A stretch of 64,000 bases of DNA from Dicyema japonicum (GCA_011109175.1 RDEW01000061.1:124001-188000), one strand, 5' to 3'; positions 24,833-38,768 are shown, numbered from the stretch's first letter. Numbers and translations are program-made. Notes: a model not told the origin generated them from the letters alone.

Positions 24833-27800
24833 TTACAGTCGCACAATGTATTTTCGGGACTGCATTAAGTATCTTCTAAGAGATATATTACATGACGAAG
24901 AGTTGGTTAATTCAACGTTTGTACCGTATAACGACGTTAACCCCAATTTAAAGCCACAAGAAAGAACTGCTTCCTTTAGCACAGCCTGAGGACATCCAAA
25001 AGTTCCATTTAAAACACCTCGAGTCCGATTAATTTGTTTTGAACTATCCACCAGAGTCCAACTAAGAGAAAGGGCATTAAAATCCCTACGAAATTATCAA
25101 TTAATCATACCATTCTCCTTGAAAAGACGATGAGCCGTAATTCACTAGAGTTCGCAGATTAGGAGGAAAAATCAAACTCACTTTGAACATTGAAAAAATA
25201 AAGTCTTGTTTCAACAAGAATTTAATCTCTACCAATGAACCACCAACAATATTATTGACCCTGCATTCTATGGAAAATGGAATGAGGTCAGGATTAACAT
25301 TCACATACTGATAGTTAGCCACTGTCAGCGAACAATTATTGATATTATCCGGAGTAGTTTGATAGAGATTTTCCAGAATATTTTTTTTGATATGAAGAAT
25401 TACTTCATTTTCTTTAAGGGCCCCACTTCGATTAAAAATTAAATTACCCATTAGTGGCAATACTGGGGTTTGCATTGATTTCTGAAAATTTTGTAGTTCC
25501 CCTCAAGATTAGAGATAAAGATTTTATTCCTGAATTCGTAGATAAAGATGGGAGCAAAATCTTAAGGATACCAGTTATCCTCGTTTTAGGTTCGCTTTTA
25601 AAATTTTGTTCGTATTCAACCATTTCGGCAATAGAGATTCCTATTTGTCGATCTGGTGGGTCAACCATAGTAGATTCAATATCTAAGCTGTAGTTATTCT
25701 TCATATTAATAGTATCACCTAAATATTACAGATTAAATACGTCGTTGTGGAATTTTTGGTACAATCGGTGACTGCACACTCATTTTACGGAATACGTTTT
25801 GAGATGCGTTTTTTTTATTCAGGTCTTAATGTCAATATGTGAATTAAACTTGCGGGAGAATCTTTGGGAGCATTATAAGATGAATCTATTTTGCTAAAAT
25901 AATGATTGTCTAAATAATGTTAGAAAAACTAACCTTGAACTCCAACATGATTCCCAGAGATCATATTCATGGACGAATAAGAACTTGCGTGATGAAATGC
26001 AGAATCTTTAAGAGTCGCATTGATATGAGAATTTTGGTCGCTTTGAAGGACAGCAGACTGATTGCGAGGAACGTTTGCAGAAAAATATGAATCACCCTGC
26101 TGAGCAATAGAAGGGGTTCTAATAGTTGAAAAAGGATCATTGGAAAAGGTTGACTCATTAGAAGAAAAATTAGGATCATTTTGGGAGACATTGTTGAATG
26201 AAGAAAAATTGTTAGATACGGAAGTATTTGACCAACTAAGATTTCTGTATGATTGCGCTTCTCTGATAGGACGAGATTCTGTCATGTTTTTGAGTTCAAA
26301 ACCTGACATTTTAGAGTCATAAGGATTTCTATAGTCAGAAGGGTATTGCATATCATAAGTTTTGGCAGAATAAACAGCTATAATAAATATCACGTTTACT
26401 TCGATCATCACCTAAAGTAGATTCAGACAAATATGTTGAAGACACATAATTCTGCGGAATATCATGTGACACTATAATAAAATCATATTACTAGATTCTC
26501 CAACGAAAGGATTGGATAAATTGTCAGAATGGTTCATAGCCGTATTAGAACGACCATCATTAACTAATAAGTTAAAAAACAAGCATACATTGATTGAAAT
26601 TCAGTGATTTATCGGCAGGAAAAAAATTTGACCCTGATGTCTCTTGAATAGGATTTTGTCGGACTAAATAAATTAATATTTTACCTGGTTCCATTGCCCA
26701 GGGATCATTAAAATCCTGATTATTTGTACACTGGCTCCGATTAGAATTATCAAACGCTAAAATTAATTGAAAACATTCATACACGGATTTGAATTTATTA
26801 ATATATTACTTCCAGATAAAACGGATGAAACTGTCTCTTGTTGTTCATTTTGTATAGCTATATTAATTACACAAAATACCAAAATTTTGTAGTTTATTAC
26901 TTTCTGAATCGACTGTAGTTAACGGAGAAGTAAAACTACCTGAACTTTCATGGAAAGTATCACCATACATCGCCCAAGGATCGCCTGTCATATTTCCCAC
27001 AGCCTCTACAATAAATAAATCAGCCAAACTCTTCTTGACCACCTCAGTTGATGTATTTCGTTTATTTACGTATTTCTAAAAAAATATGAAAAATTACTAT
27101 AGAATCAGCTGGTTTCATTAAGTCTTAATATTTTCATCAGCTTCATCCATGCTTTCTGACTCTTTAGAATCATCCGTGTTTTTTCCTCTGTTGATTTTAC
27201 GATCTTGCCACCTACTCCAGTCAAACTCTCAGTGAAATCACTCAGTGTAAAATTTTCTAAAATAATAATCCAGAAATTAGTTATTGTATACAAGTTAATT
27301 ATAAATAATAGTATAAAATCTTTCTATAATTGTAAAAAATATAAAAGTAGTTAAAATATCGAAAACTCAATAAAAAGCGTATCAACCTGGTTGCTTGCAT
27401 CCTACAGTAAGGGACTTAACTAATCCGTTCATTGCCAATTCTGGATTCATCTTTTTAATGTTTTCATTTATTTTATACAGTTCCTAGCCTGATAACACAT
27501 TACATCTAAAGATTGCTTCATATGAGTTATATTAGATTCCATAAATTCACCAAGATATCCGTATAAAGTACGAACATAGTCAGTTTCCAGTTTTTGTATA
27601 TCATCAAATGTATCAGTCAATATTGGGATGACCCTTTTAAGTGTTTTGTTGTAATGTTCTGCCGAGTTATTATATTCCATTTCTGTAGAATTATGAATTT
27701 TGGTAACCAGATGATTTAAGGCGTTCTGTCATTCGTCCAGCCTCTTTTGGAGAAAGATTGTGATGGTTATGCCGATATTCACTTATCTTTTCTCTCATGT

Positions 27801-28365
27801 TTTTCTCTGCCTATTTTCCGATATTAATTAGAAATAAACTCTTTGAGTTTTTGCATGAAGTTTTTGTATTTTTGATATTTCATTGATGAAATCTGCAATT
27901 GGCTTTTTTTGCTGAAAATAAATTAAAGGAAAACTTTTTTCTGGTCTGCCAAGCATTTTGGGTGATATTTCGCTAATTTCGAGCTGATATTGTTCAAATT
28001 TTCGTTCATTCTTGTAAATGTGTTGCCCCAAAGCTCGTTGATTTCTGAAAGAGGAGCTAAAAAGGGGGAAAACCCACTTTTGATGAAAAATAAACAATTT
28101 ACCTTAGTAAGTTAATATTTTTTAAAAGTTGAGAACATTTCAGATTGTTCTTAGAAAATGATTCATTAGTGTCAAGGCTGTAAGAATTAGTGAAAATTAC
28201 TTTTCTTTAAGAAAACCAGCCAATTCGTTGATAAGACTCTGTTGGTTCTTCGTTGGTTGCAAGAATGCTTCTATGTGTTTCCAATCTCCGTTCTATAAGT
28301 TATTTTTGATGCAAAATGACAACCCAGTAATTTTCAGAAAATTTCATGTTTTCTTGCTGCTTCAT
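24833..28365 (-). CDS. FCHO/muniscin-like endocytic protein (F-BAR, linker, mu-homology domain); many tiny introns
   Basis: N-terminus FSENYW...INELAGFLKE is FCH-like. Coiled-coil exons, a low-complexity linker, then a muHD-like C-terminus (IGISIAEMVEY..FK...RITG; ends SRKYIVRL). Introns of 20-31 nt; internal structure only partly resolved. Confidence 0.72.
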
Positions 28366-29329
28366 ACTGTTTGAAAAATTAGTTAACAAAATCACCTGTT
28401 TATTATAAAATATTAAATTCAACCTAATTATTTAAATTTATTTAATTTTATTGTTAAACAAAAATTATTTAATTATTAAAAATAATTAACAAAAGAACCT
28501 CTCGCGTCTGTTGAGGATTACTGGGATAGTTATGGTTTACCACACAGGCAAAACTGCAACTATATGTTTTTATGTGTATTGTTTTTATAATAACAATGAC
28601 AATGTAATAATTGTTCATAATATGACCAAAAACCAATTAATTATTGTGTTTAATATGACCCAGAATGCGAGAAAAAATGAATTTTTGATGGAAATGAAGA
28701 AGCTTAAGTACGCTATTCCCACAAGCGAATTGGGGACAATACATCATTGCGAACTCCATATGCGATAACATGGGATTATATCATTACTAAATTCTATGAA
28801 AGTACTTTAGGCAGTTGGAAGTAGATAGAAATACCCATACAAATAGACGAGCATCTCATGCGAGTACTCTGGTGTAACCTACACTGCAAAAAGATAATAG
28901 TAAAAAGTTTTTGCTAAGGGTGAAGCACTTAATTCGAATCATAATTCTATGTGAATCTGACACTTCCTTTGTTCATAACTTGAGATTTCCGATGTCTCTT
29001 GAGTCCGTTACATTGTGTATGCTTCTGAGAAAAAAAAAGTGTTTTAATCCATGATGAAGTTACATAGAACTTTCGAGTAATAGAAGTACATCACCAACTC
29101 AACTTTTCTACCAATTAACAACTAGGTTAAATATAGAATAAGTAACAGCGTAGTCTTAGCTCACAGCTAGTATTCACTTCTTGGATACTTGTCTAAACGC
29201 AATATTGACCTCTTAAATCTTATTTTAACATTCAAATGAAGATATTAAATTTCAAATGAAATATGATATTTCAGAGTTTTTTAATATCGTCAATAAACAA
29301 AATAATTTTTTTAACAATTAAACAAGTGT

Positions 29330-29560
29330 CAGTTGAGGAAGCCTGCTGTGTGGATTGCGAACGAGTTCCCTCGGAGTATGGCCATTCCAATCTTTTGTCT
29401 TAGTCATAACCTTTCTCGTTGATCCTTTTTCTTTCTGCAGCAATCCTCAGGAGTAAATCGGTAGCGATCTCCGAGGCAAGAATATTTCTTGATTTTTAAA
29501 TTCTCCGCAGTCGAAGCAGCTGCTCCAGGTGTCTGAACCGATTTGAAATGATCCTAGCCG
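29330..29560 (-). mobile_element. CRE-clade RLE 3' remnant
   Basis: AASTAENLKIKKY...YRFTP and QKIGMAILRGNS. Confidence 0.6.
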
Positions 29561-30317
29561 ACATAATCGATGTTTTTTCTTAGTGTTCCCTTTTTCTGGA
29601 TTAGATAATAGAATAATCGACGTTGCGTTGCATCTTACGGTTGCAACAGAGAATGAATTAAAAAAAACTTATTTTTGGGAAACCCCAGTTAAATAGATAT
29701 TACTACTCGCCTATAGATTTTACTCTTCTTAGAAGAGGAATCGTTGACCTAAAATCCATCCGTTTCCTCCTCACCAAGGTCGCTTTTTAGAATTATAATG
29801 AATTTCAGTTATATTATTTTTCATATCGAAAAAATTTTGACCACGTTGGTTTTAGAATTTGTGGACACTTGTTTTGAATTAAACGACATCAAAAGATTTA
29901 CAAGAGTTAAAATCACAAAAGAATTTCCTGAACGTGAAGTCTCATGATCTTGTCTCTGAAAGATCTAAGTTCCGCTTAAGTATGGTAGTCATAAAAGGTA
30001 AACATATGTGCAAATGCGTATCTAAAAAAAGTTGGGTAAACAAAGATTGTCAAACAGTTTAAAAGGTATTCATTTAGCCATTTGTCCAACTTGTCTTAGA
30101 CACATTAAATCATTAATATCAAGTTAACAAATATAGCTTGGCACAAATAATTCAATTTATTTTCCTCCTTTTTCTCTGTGAGCGCCTGTACTGCCTTTCC
30201 AGCAAGTGCGACTCTGCTTCATGTTTAACTAATAACAATGCTACCATACTTTGCATCTCCGGGGACTTGAATAATCAAATTCAGAAAAATATTTGTTTAT
30301 ACTAATAATAATAAAAA

Positions 30318-30435
30318 AAGTACGACACTGTGAGTTCCCAGGCGGTCACCCTGCCAAGTACTAACACAGCCTATAACCGCTTAACTTCAGTGGTCGGCTG
30401 AGAACGGGTGCTTACGGCCAAGTATGATCGTACAG
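30318..30435 (-). rRNA. 5S rRNA gene (solitary, divergent)
   Basis: Minus strand GTACGATCATAC...GAAGTTAAGC...TTAGTACTTGG..GGGTGACCGCCTGGGAA...GTCGTAC, followed by a T7 Pol III terminator. Confidence 0.92.
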
Positions 30436-30589
30436 CAGATTTTTCTAAAAATGCCTAAATATTATTCACACCTTTTAATTGACATAGTCTCAGCGAGTTT
30501 AGCATTTTCAAAAGTTTTTGCCAATAAATCCTGATATCTTTTCCTTATCGACGTGAATAATGCCCCACTCTTTTTCGTTCAATGTGTTT

Positions 30590-30863
30590 CATAATAATAA
30601 TAATAATAATAAAGCCTTTTCACGAGAGCCATAGTATTTTATAGCTCCGCATAGGCAGGACACACACTTTATTTAAGTAAAGAACAGTTAATTTTAACTA
30701 ATCGTAGAACCAAGGAATGATATTCACTTCTTTTTTTCTTTTTCTTGTGTGAGTGTCCTTTCTAGACAATCCAGTTCCGCAGTGAGTATCCACTGATGAC
30801 GGCGTCACTCGTCAAACCATTTCTGCATCGTAGATGCGTGGAACCTTCCACCAGGTGAACAGC
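30590..30863 (-). mobile_element. 5'-truncated copy of the tRNA-SINE at 5109-5441
   Basis: Near-identical reverse complement of ~5170-5441 with tail; lacks the tRNA head. Confidence 0.92.
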
Positions 30864-32999
30864 ATTAATAGTTATAATGTGTTCAAATTGCTTCCCTTAC
30901 ACTTTGATCTCACTATTCAAGTAACTCATCTTACAATAATAATTGTGTTCTAAATTCATAATCTGAATTAATTCCGCATATTAAACTTATTAAAGATTTT
31001 TCTAGTAAATAGGTGAAATTTTAACACATCAACAAGTTCTTGTAACACTCGATAGCCACGTCCAATTTCCTCAATAATATATTCTTGAAACAAAATTCAA
31101 GTGCCTCCCTCAACAGTCTTCGCATCATTTCTCGTTGTTCTGCTGGTATTTGAGCGAATCACGCTCGCCATCTGAGAAGGAATAGCCACGCAGTCAGGCA
31201 GCTGCTATATATTCGTTTACTTTCTTTTCTTTCCTTGAAATTTATATTTAAATTGAACTCTCGCCTTTCACGGACATATTTTTATTGCTGAATTGACTAA
31301 TTTTGATTATCTTAGTATATAATACAAAAGATAGATTTTTAATAACCGAGATCTATTATCGTATTCACGAAGTTACAAAAACGATGATCTCCTCACCTTC
31401 AATAAAATTAAGAGATAAGATAGAAAGTTATACTACTACATTTCTCCAAGATACCTCGATTGACTTTTTCTACAATACATATGGAGCACTTCCAGAAGAA
31501 GACAGAGGTCAAATGAGTACACAAATAGAGTGCAAAATTCTTAAAATTACTTTTACATATTCTAATTTTGTCACATTAATAAAGAGATCAAGTTATTGTC
31601 TGAAAAAAATTTGCCTTTTATTGTGTTTTCAATAATTTAAGGCTATATTTCTAAAAAACCGAAGACTAAATCTTTTAGAAAATTTATTTACTACCTAATC
31701 AAAGGATTTCCTTTCTGGTTTTTGCTTTCTTCAATTCTAGAGTCTCATTGGCGCCACCCAACTCAGAAGACGCTCAATGACTGGCCGGCATCCGAAAAAG
31801 ATCCCTTTTTTGCCTACTCCAATGGATGGGTTCCCATTATAGTATATATTTGAAATAGACGTGATGTTGGAAAAATGTTACGTCAAATTCAGACTGAGGG
31901 AATTGGATAAAGACTTATTTCACAAACAATAACAAATCAAATCCATTCATTTCACAAGATGGAATTAGAATGTCTTTTTTTTAACGTATTCACTATATGT
32001 AAGAAGTTCTCATTTCTTGATTATCAATTATACTAATTACATTTCACAGTTAAAGAAAAAAATTATTTGACAAAAATGGGAATAATGTTAAGGCAGCAAA
32101 TAGTAAAATTATGCATAATGCAAATGATGTGACGTAGGTAAATCTGAAATTTAAATATTTAGAATTATATTTTTCTTGTTTATTATCACTTAAATTATTT
32201 AAACACCATACTTGTTCAATTTAATAGACGTACGTCCTTTTATTTCTTTTAAATAATTCAAAAAATTTTCATTTGATCTCATCTTTGAAAAACTAGATAA
32301 CAATGAATCATTAATTTTGTCTATATCTAGTTCATCATTATTTTCGCTAAATGATTGTTTTTATTTTTGGTAGATCTTGTACTATTATTCATAATTAAAA
32401 TAATTTGACGGCATCAATAATTAATCTATTTATTTGTTTCTCCAATACAAAAATAAATAATAAAATTAATTTCATTAATATTTAATTAAATAAAAATTTA
32501 GACAAAAAATTAAGACTATTAATTTAAATTTTGGTTTTCCATTTTTAATTCAAGATTTGATGATCTGATACGAGAAACAGAGGATGCTGATGGAAAAACT
32601 CACAGCGCGTATTCAGAGATGCATGGAAAAGTGGAATCTCAAATTAGTTAACTTTTCTGGTTCCGCGGACATTGCTAATATTAATAATCCAAGACTCACT
32701 GAATTCTTCTCTTGGGGTATTGGTCCTCTGTATCCCCCACATTATTACTTTAGTATACCACTGGAGACGACGAATCATCTGGAAAAACAATCAGTTCCCA
32801 TGGTTCCTTTCTAAGTCCTCAAATTCAGAGCCTGTTCAATATGATAATTGGTCATTCTCGTGACTTATCTTCGTAGTTCTTAATTTTCAGCACATTTCTG
32901 TGTTCGACTATCATGCTCTTCGAAGTTTTTTTAATCGTTTAAAATTATGATTAAAAATAATCAGACTTTGGACAAGACATTCTATGTCGGACTTTCTTT

Positions 33000-33555
33000 T
33001 CGTAGACAACGAAGAAATAGCAAGAAGAAAAACATTAGCAAATTACGCACTGCAAAAAAGAAAACCTAATTTGCCCGTATAGTGCTCGATGTGGATACTA
33101 GAGTCAGCCTGTACAAAGCACTTGTGAAACCCAAGTCTTGTATAACGTATTTTGGCTTGGGCAAGACACGAGCTTGGAAAACTGAACTCCTTTTAGAGAG
33201 AATAGCTTCTGCATATCCTCTCCTCCTAGAACCACACCAGACTGCCGTGCGAAATTCTTTATGAAAGAACAAGGAGCACAACGATTTCCTGTGAAATTTT
33301 GTAGGCTGTTTGGACGTGGGAACTCCCAAAACATATCTATGGAGGATTATTCAGTGGTCGTCCAAGGCCAACACTATCAACCGTCCTTGATGAAGACCTT
33401 AATGAAATTAAGAGAAGCCTCAAAGACGAGAAAGACCTCGACAGGTTTCGGGACGTGGCAAAGAGTCGTCAGATATGGAAGTAGTTGTTTGATTTCTCCT
33501 GTTTCACATGCTTTTTCACGTACTATGACATAGTGTAAGTGCGTATTATAATAGT
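33000..33555 (+). mobile_element. RTE LINE 3' fragment
   Basis: TRVSLYKALVKP and RLFG remnants; 3' end CTATGACATAG..TAAGTGC.TA like RTE-C. Confidence 0.7.
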
Positions 33556-33742
33556 GTTTTTCGACCATTAACGTAACTTTCCCGATCAATAGCATTACTT
33601 TCACGACCAATAGGGTCACTAAATTCTGGAAACCCTATATTATAATATTCTAATAATCCAAAATGAGTTTGAATACATTTTCTACTTATCTACAGGAATT
33701 TGCATCTTATGACTTTAATTGATGACACTAAACCACATCTCA

Positions 33743-36700
33743 GTAACAAAACAATCAAAATGACGTTGTGGCTCACCAAGAGGTGTCATTTGGTTGTGCC
33801 TGTGCCCTACACAGCACACATGAAAAAGAACCACACTATTTCCCTATCGTCTCTCTTCAAGGAGATCTCGATGGCGACCATTGAGCGGGCACGAAGCTTT
33901 CGCTCCCAAGAATCCCTCCTGACATCCGGTGACATTGAACTAAACCCAGGGCCGCAGAATAGACCCATCAGAATCTTACAACTTAACACCAATGGAATCA
34001 CCTCGAAACATACCGAATTGGCTGAGTACTTGGTTAAACACCGCATTGACATTGCCCTTCTACAGGAGTCACGTTTGTCTGCCTTCTCCCAAACACCAAA
34101 ATTCAAAAACTACTCTTTGCTCCGTTCTGAGCGATCAAATGGATCTCACGGTGGTGGCCTGGTCACCCTCATTCACAACTCCATCCCATTCACGGATACC
34201 ACTGACCACACATTGACAGCGGCTTCTGATAAACATATGGAATTGCTATCCATCACCATCAATATTATGTCAACTCCTTACACAATTCTGAATATCTACA
34301 TTCCCCCTTCGTCTTGCTGCCAGAAGAGTTACCGACCAAACCTAGAATTCCTTCAACTATACGAAAACATAGTTATTTGCGGCGATCTAAACGCTAAAGA
34401 TCCACTATGGTTCCGAAACCAGAATTCGGACCACAGAGGGAAACAAGTGATCTCTGAACTGGAACACCTAGTGATATTAAATAACCCCCGCCAACACACG
34501 AGATGTGGAACACGCCCTGGGGATCCTAACACGTCTCCGACCTCTCCATATGCTCAGCTCCCCTTGCAAAATCGATCTACTGGGATGTCAGATATGACTT
34601 ACCCTCAGATCATAACCCTATTCTGATCGACATCTTCTTGCATTTCGGACGAACTATGTCGAGGCGAACCTATGTGAACTACAAAAGGGCGAGATGGATC
34701 GACTTCACGGTTGACGTCGAAACGTCGCTGGAAAACTTCTCTGTGAAAATTTTACCTCTCCAGACAAAGCCATTGCACATTTCAACTCAGCCATCCTTTC
34801 GGCGGATAGAAAGCACGTCCCTAAAGGATTCATCCATGATTACAAACTATTTTTCAACAAAGAAATATTGGATCTCATCTGTGAGAGAGAAGACGCCTAA
34901 AACGTTCCCGAACAACCAACCAGCAACTCCAAGATGAAATTTCTTCCCTAAACAAGAAGATAACCCACCTCATTACGGAGCTCAAAAAGGAGAAGTGGTC
35001 CACTTTCGTCTCTCGATTGAATCCAAAATCAAAACCCCAAAGTTTCTGGAGATTTATCAGAGAAATACAATCAAATCAAACCGAATCGAGCACAACCCAT
35101 GGAGGTAGACTTGGAAAGGACAACCAAACGAAAGATTTCCACTGCCAGGCAAATGACTTGATGACTCACTATTGCAAAATGAGTCATATTCCAATGAATA
35201 AAGAAAATCGACCTCATATTACTAAACCCCCAAGGGTAACAAAGGCACGATTCGAAGTATCAGTAAGTCATGTTCAAAACCTCATTACAAACTCAAGAAA
35301 CTCACCAGCCACGGGACCCGATCGGATCAGCATATTCCACCTAAAGCACCTCGGTCCAAACGGGCTCTTGGCACTTAAAGATATCTACGAATTCTCCATC
35401 AACAGGTGTTTCATCCCGATGTTATGGAAGAAGTCGAACATTATCCCAATACTCAAGAACAACAAAGCCTCCTCCTTGCCCTCTTCGTTCAGGCCAATTT
35501 CCTTAACATCTGTTGTCTCAAAAATCCTCGAAAGGATCATTCTTAACGAAATCACCCCCTACCTCGACCTCTCCGACTCACAACATGGTTTCCGTCCTTT
35601 ACACTCGACCACCACGCACTTACTGACACTAACCCAATACATCTCCAACGGTTTCAACAACTGCAAACCCCCGGAACGAACTGTCTTGGCCTCTATTGAC
35701 CTAACTAAAGCTTTCGACAGAATCTCCCGTGTGGTCCTCTGCAACAAGATCTATTCTTCAAATATTCCCTCTGTATGGAAGTCATGGCTCACAAATTTCC
35801 TCTCGGGAAGACTGGGTCATACGTGTCTATATTCAAATCTATCAAGATATCGACTCCTACCAAACGGTGTTCCCCAGGGATCAGTCCTTTCACCCTCACT
35901 TTTCAACCTTTACGTCAAAGACATCCCAACAACCCAAAATACGTTACTATTGACATATGCCGATGATCTAGTAATCGCATCCAGGAGTGGCGATGTTCGA
36001 CTGGCCACCGAAAAAGTGCAGTACCACCTGAACTTGCTATCCGACTGGATGAACTTAAACTGGATGAGTGTTTCCACCTCGAAGTCATCAGCTACCCTGT
36101 TCACAACCGATCGAAGACAATTCAACCTAAACCCCACACTCTCGTTGGGTGACGAACCACTCCCCTTAAATAAATACCCGAAGATCCTTGGAGTTGTCTT
36201 CGATCCTTCACTCTGTTTCAACAGACAAGTGGAGGAAGTAATGACAAAAGCCAAGCGGAAACTTAACATATTACGGGCAGTAGCTGGCCACTCAAACGGT
36301 CAGCAAAAAGAAAACTTAACTCTTCTCTACAAACAGTTCATCAGGACTACACTCAACTACGCCTCACCAAGTTGGGCCCCCTCAATCTCCTTGTCCCTTT
36401 CTCAAGAACTGCAGAAAGTGCAAAACTCGGCGCTGAGAATAATAACTGGCTGCTTAAAGTCAACCCCCACCGACCATTTACATTGGGAGTCGAAAATCCT
36501 CCCGCTTTATGACCACCTGGAAATGCGTAATTTACAATTCCTACGGCAGTCGTTCGACCCGAATCACCCAGTTCACGCTTTGCTAAGTAACAATAACCGC
36601 AGATACATACGCAGGACCCTCTTTGACCTACAAAGAGCCTTGTTGAAGATCACCCCCCTCAAGAAGACTCAACTTGGACCCGCCGAATCCATGATTTTAT

Positions 36701-36997
36701 CTCAACACGGGCCATTAGGACACTTCAATATAACAAAGTCTTGGAGCGCTTCCCCCCTGATATCAGTCCAACGGAACAATCGCTCCCGAGGAAGATCAGA
36801 ATCGGACTGGCTCGCCTACGATGTGGACACCACCCTTTTTTGGCTGGCAGAGTAGTTCGGGGCCTTTTTCCCTGCCCTGGACCACCGGATGCAAAAGTCG
36901 AGGATCTCTGGGAGCGGCCTGTCCGGACTGCACGCTCTCTGATGGTCGCCGGCTTCCCACTTGCTGGCGAAGCCGGGGTTAATAATTTAATTTAATT
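33743..36997 (+). mobile_element. Full-length Ingi/Vingi-like LINE: leader peptide-2A-APE-RT
   Basis: 14-bp TSD TAAACCACATCTCA (33729-33742, 36998-37011). ATG at 33760. APE (ILQLNTNG, LQES, GDLNA) and RT (GVPQGSVLSP, YADD), C-terminal RLRCGH...LWERP. 3' hairpin CCGGCTTC/GAAGCCGG and (TAATT)n tail. Confidence 0.9.
33928..33954 (+). other. 2A-like StopGo (ribosome-skipping) motif GDIELNPG/P
   Basis: In-frame SLLTSGDIELNPGP matches D(V/I)ExNPGP immediately before the APE domain. Confidence 0.9.
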
Positions 36998-38768
36998 TAA
37001 ACCACATCTCAAAGTACCTTTTTCTGTCTGAAGACAGAATTAAACTCTCGCTAATCTAAAGACCTTAATATCTTACAATTGAAAATTAATAGAATCTCCC
37101 GTAAACGGGACGAACTCATGCTGTTTATGACCACCCACATAGTAGAAATTGGTCTTCTTCAAAAAGCTCGAATCACTCCTTCAGAATCGACCCCAAGATT
37201 TCAAAGCTTTTAGTGTGCCTTGGAGTTATGGGATTATACATGAGGACTGAAGAAATGATTCAAATGTTGAAAATGTTGATATCAATGATACAGGAAACTG
37301 AATTGAAGAACCTCGTGATTTGAATGATACACATTCATACACGAGAACTGAGACTAAAATATTTCTCCAAATTTCAATATATATTCTGAGCTTTCACCTC
37401 CTTAATTCCTGGAGTGTCAAATATGATTTCCCATCAGATCTCAATTCTATCCCCCTGTCTTTCAAAATTTTACATTCGAGGCAATACAACAAGAAAACTT
37501 TTATAAATTACAAACGAGGAAGATGTTCTGAATTTAGAAAAAAATATTAATTTAATTGACTCTTTTTGAAATGTTTTGTTGCAGTATAATTTCTGTTGAT
37601 CGCAAATTAATTCCAAACGGGTTTATTCCCGGGGCTAAACCGTTTTCCAATAGTGAGATTTAAAGAAATAGCTTCACTATCGTCATCTCGGGAACTAGTG
37701 GGACTGGAATGTGGAGATGGACGGGTAACTATCTTCCCTTCTTTCGGGGATAATGCCTGATTTAAGATTGGACTTGCACCAACACCTTTTCCAAGTCGAG
37801 ACTTGCTGGTTCCGCGTGGAAAACTGGGAGGCAGCTCGGATTATCGAAAATTTTAAGATAAAAAAATACACAGCCTCTTTACCAGATTCAATGTACAGCA
37901 CGTTGTCGTCGAGACGAGCAGAGTCTTCGAGTCCGAGATGGTCTCTTTTCTATGATCGCTTAGGTCAATGATATCAAAACTGTGTGATGAGCTTCGGGAA
38001 ACCGAGTGGCTGTTCCAATGGATTTCTCTGGTAGTTGTCAAGGGAAACAGACTTTCCATTTTATAAGCTGGATTATTCTGATTGTCTTGTTAGTAATAAG
38101 TTATTTTGTGTAAAAAAGAAAAGCTTGTTATGAAAAGAAATTTTAGAAGTTTTAGGAGCATCTACGTTTTAGACTTTCCATGTAATCAAAAGATTTCCAA
38201 ACTGATTTTATAGCAGAAAAAATTAGATAGAACAAATTTTTCTTTAATCTAAATCACAAAACGAAAACCTCAGAATTTTCGAATACTTTAAAATATATCT
38301 CCAATGTGACAAAATAACTCACAAGCTTCGGAAGTTAATAAACATCATCAAACCAAATTGTTCGGAAAGCTAGCTGACATTCTAATGGATTACTACTCTA
38401 AATTCAGTCATATGAAAATGAAAAAATTAAATTGGTCTACAAAAAAATTAAATTACCTCAAACCAACAACCCATCAAAATAATATAATAGAAAAGAGTGA
38501 TCTGACCAAGAATATGAGAAGAGGCACGGGTGGAATTTATAGCTACCACCTGAGAAATTTCGGCCCAAAGAGAGCTGAGATACATCACATAAATTTTCCT
38601 TGCTTCCTTAAAATCCGAATTTACAGTCAGATCATTCCCATTCTGAAACCTATCAAAAAATCCACTTGATCCAAAACTACTGCTCCGATTCTAAGAAACT
38701 AGAAACTCTTGCTTGCTCTTACATCAATTATCAAAAATTGCTTCAAAACACAAAAACATTTAAGAAGC

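Noticed and set aside
28500-29300. Possible MULE-like transposase remnant
   Set aside because: Too degraded; no TIR, TSD or convincing catalytic motif.
30780-30825. Hammerhead ribozyme on the SINE antisense strand (CTGATGA...AAAC)
   Set aside because: The required GAAA is CAAA here and absent in the 39280 copy; no compatible stem I/III with a cleavage triplet was found.
31260-32870. Possible host genes (ORFs 31303-31635 and 32584-32814)
   Set aside because: No recognisable motif or consistent tiny-intron model; needs RNA-seq or a homology search.
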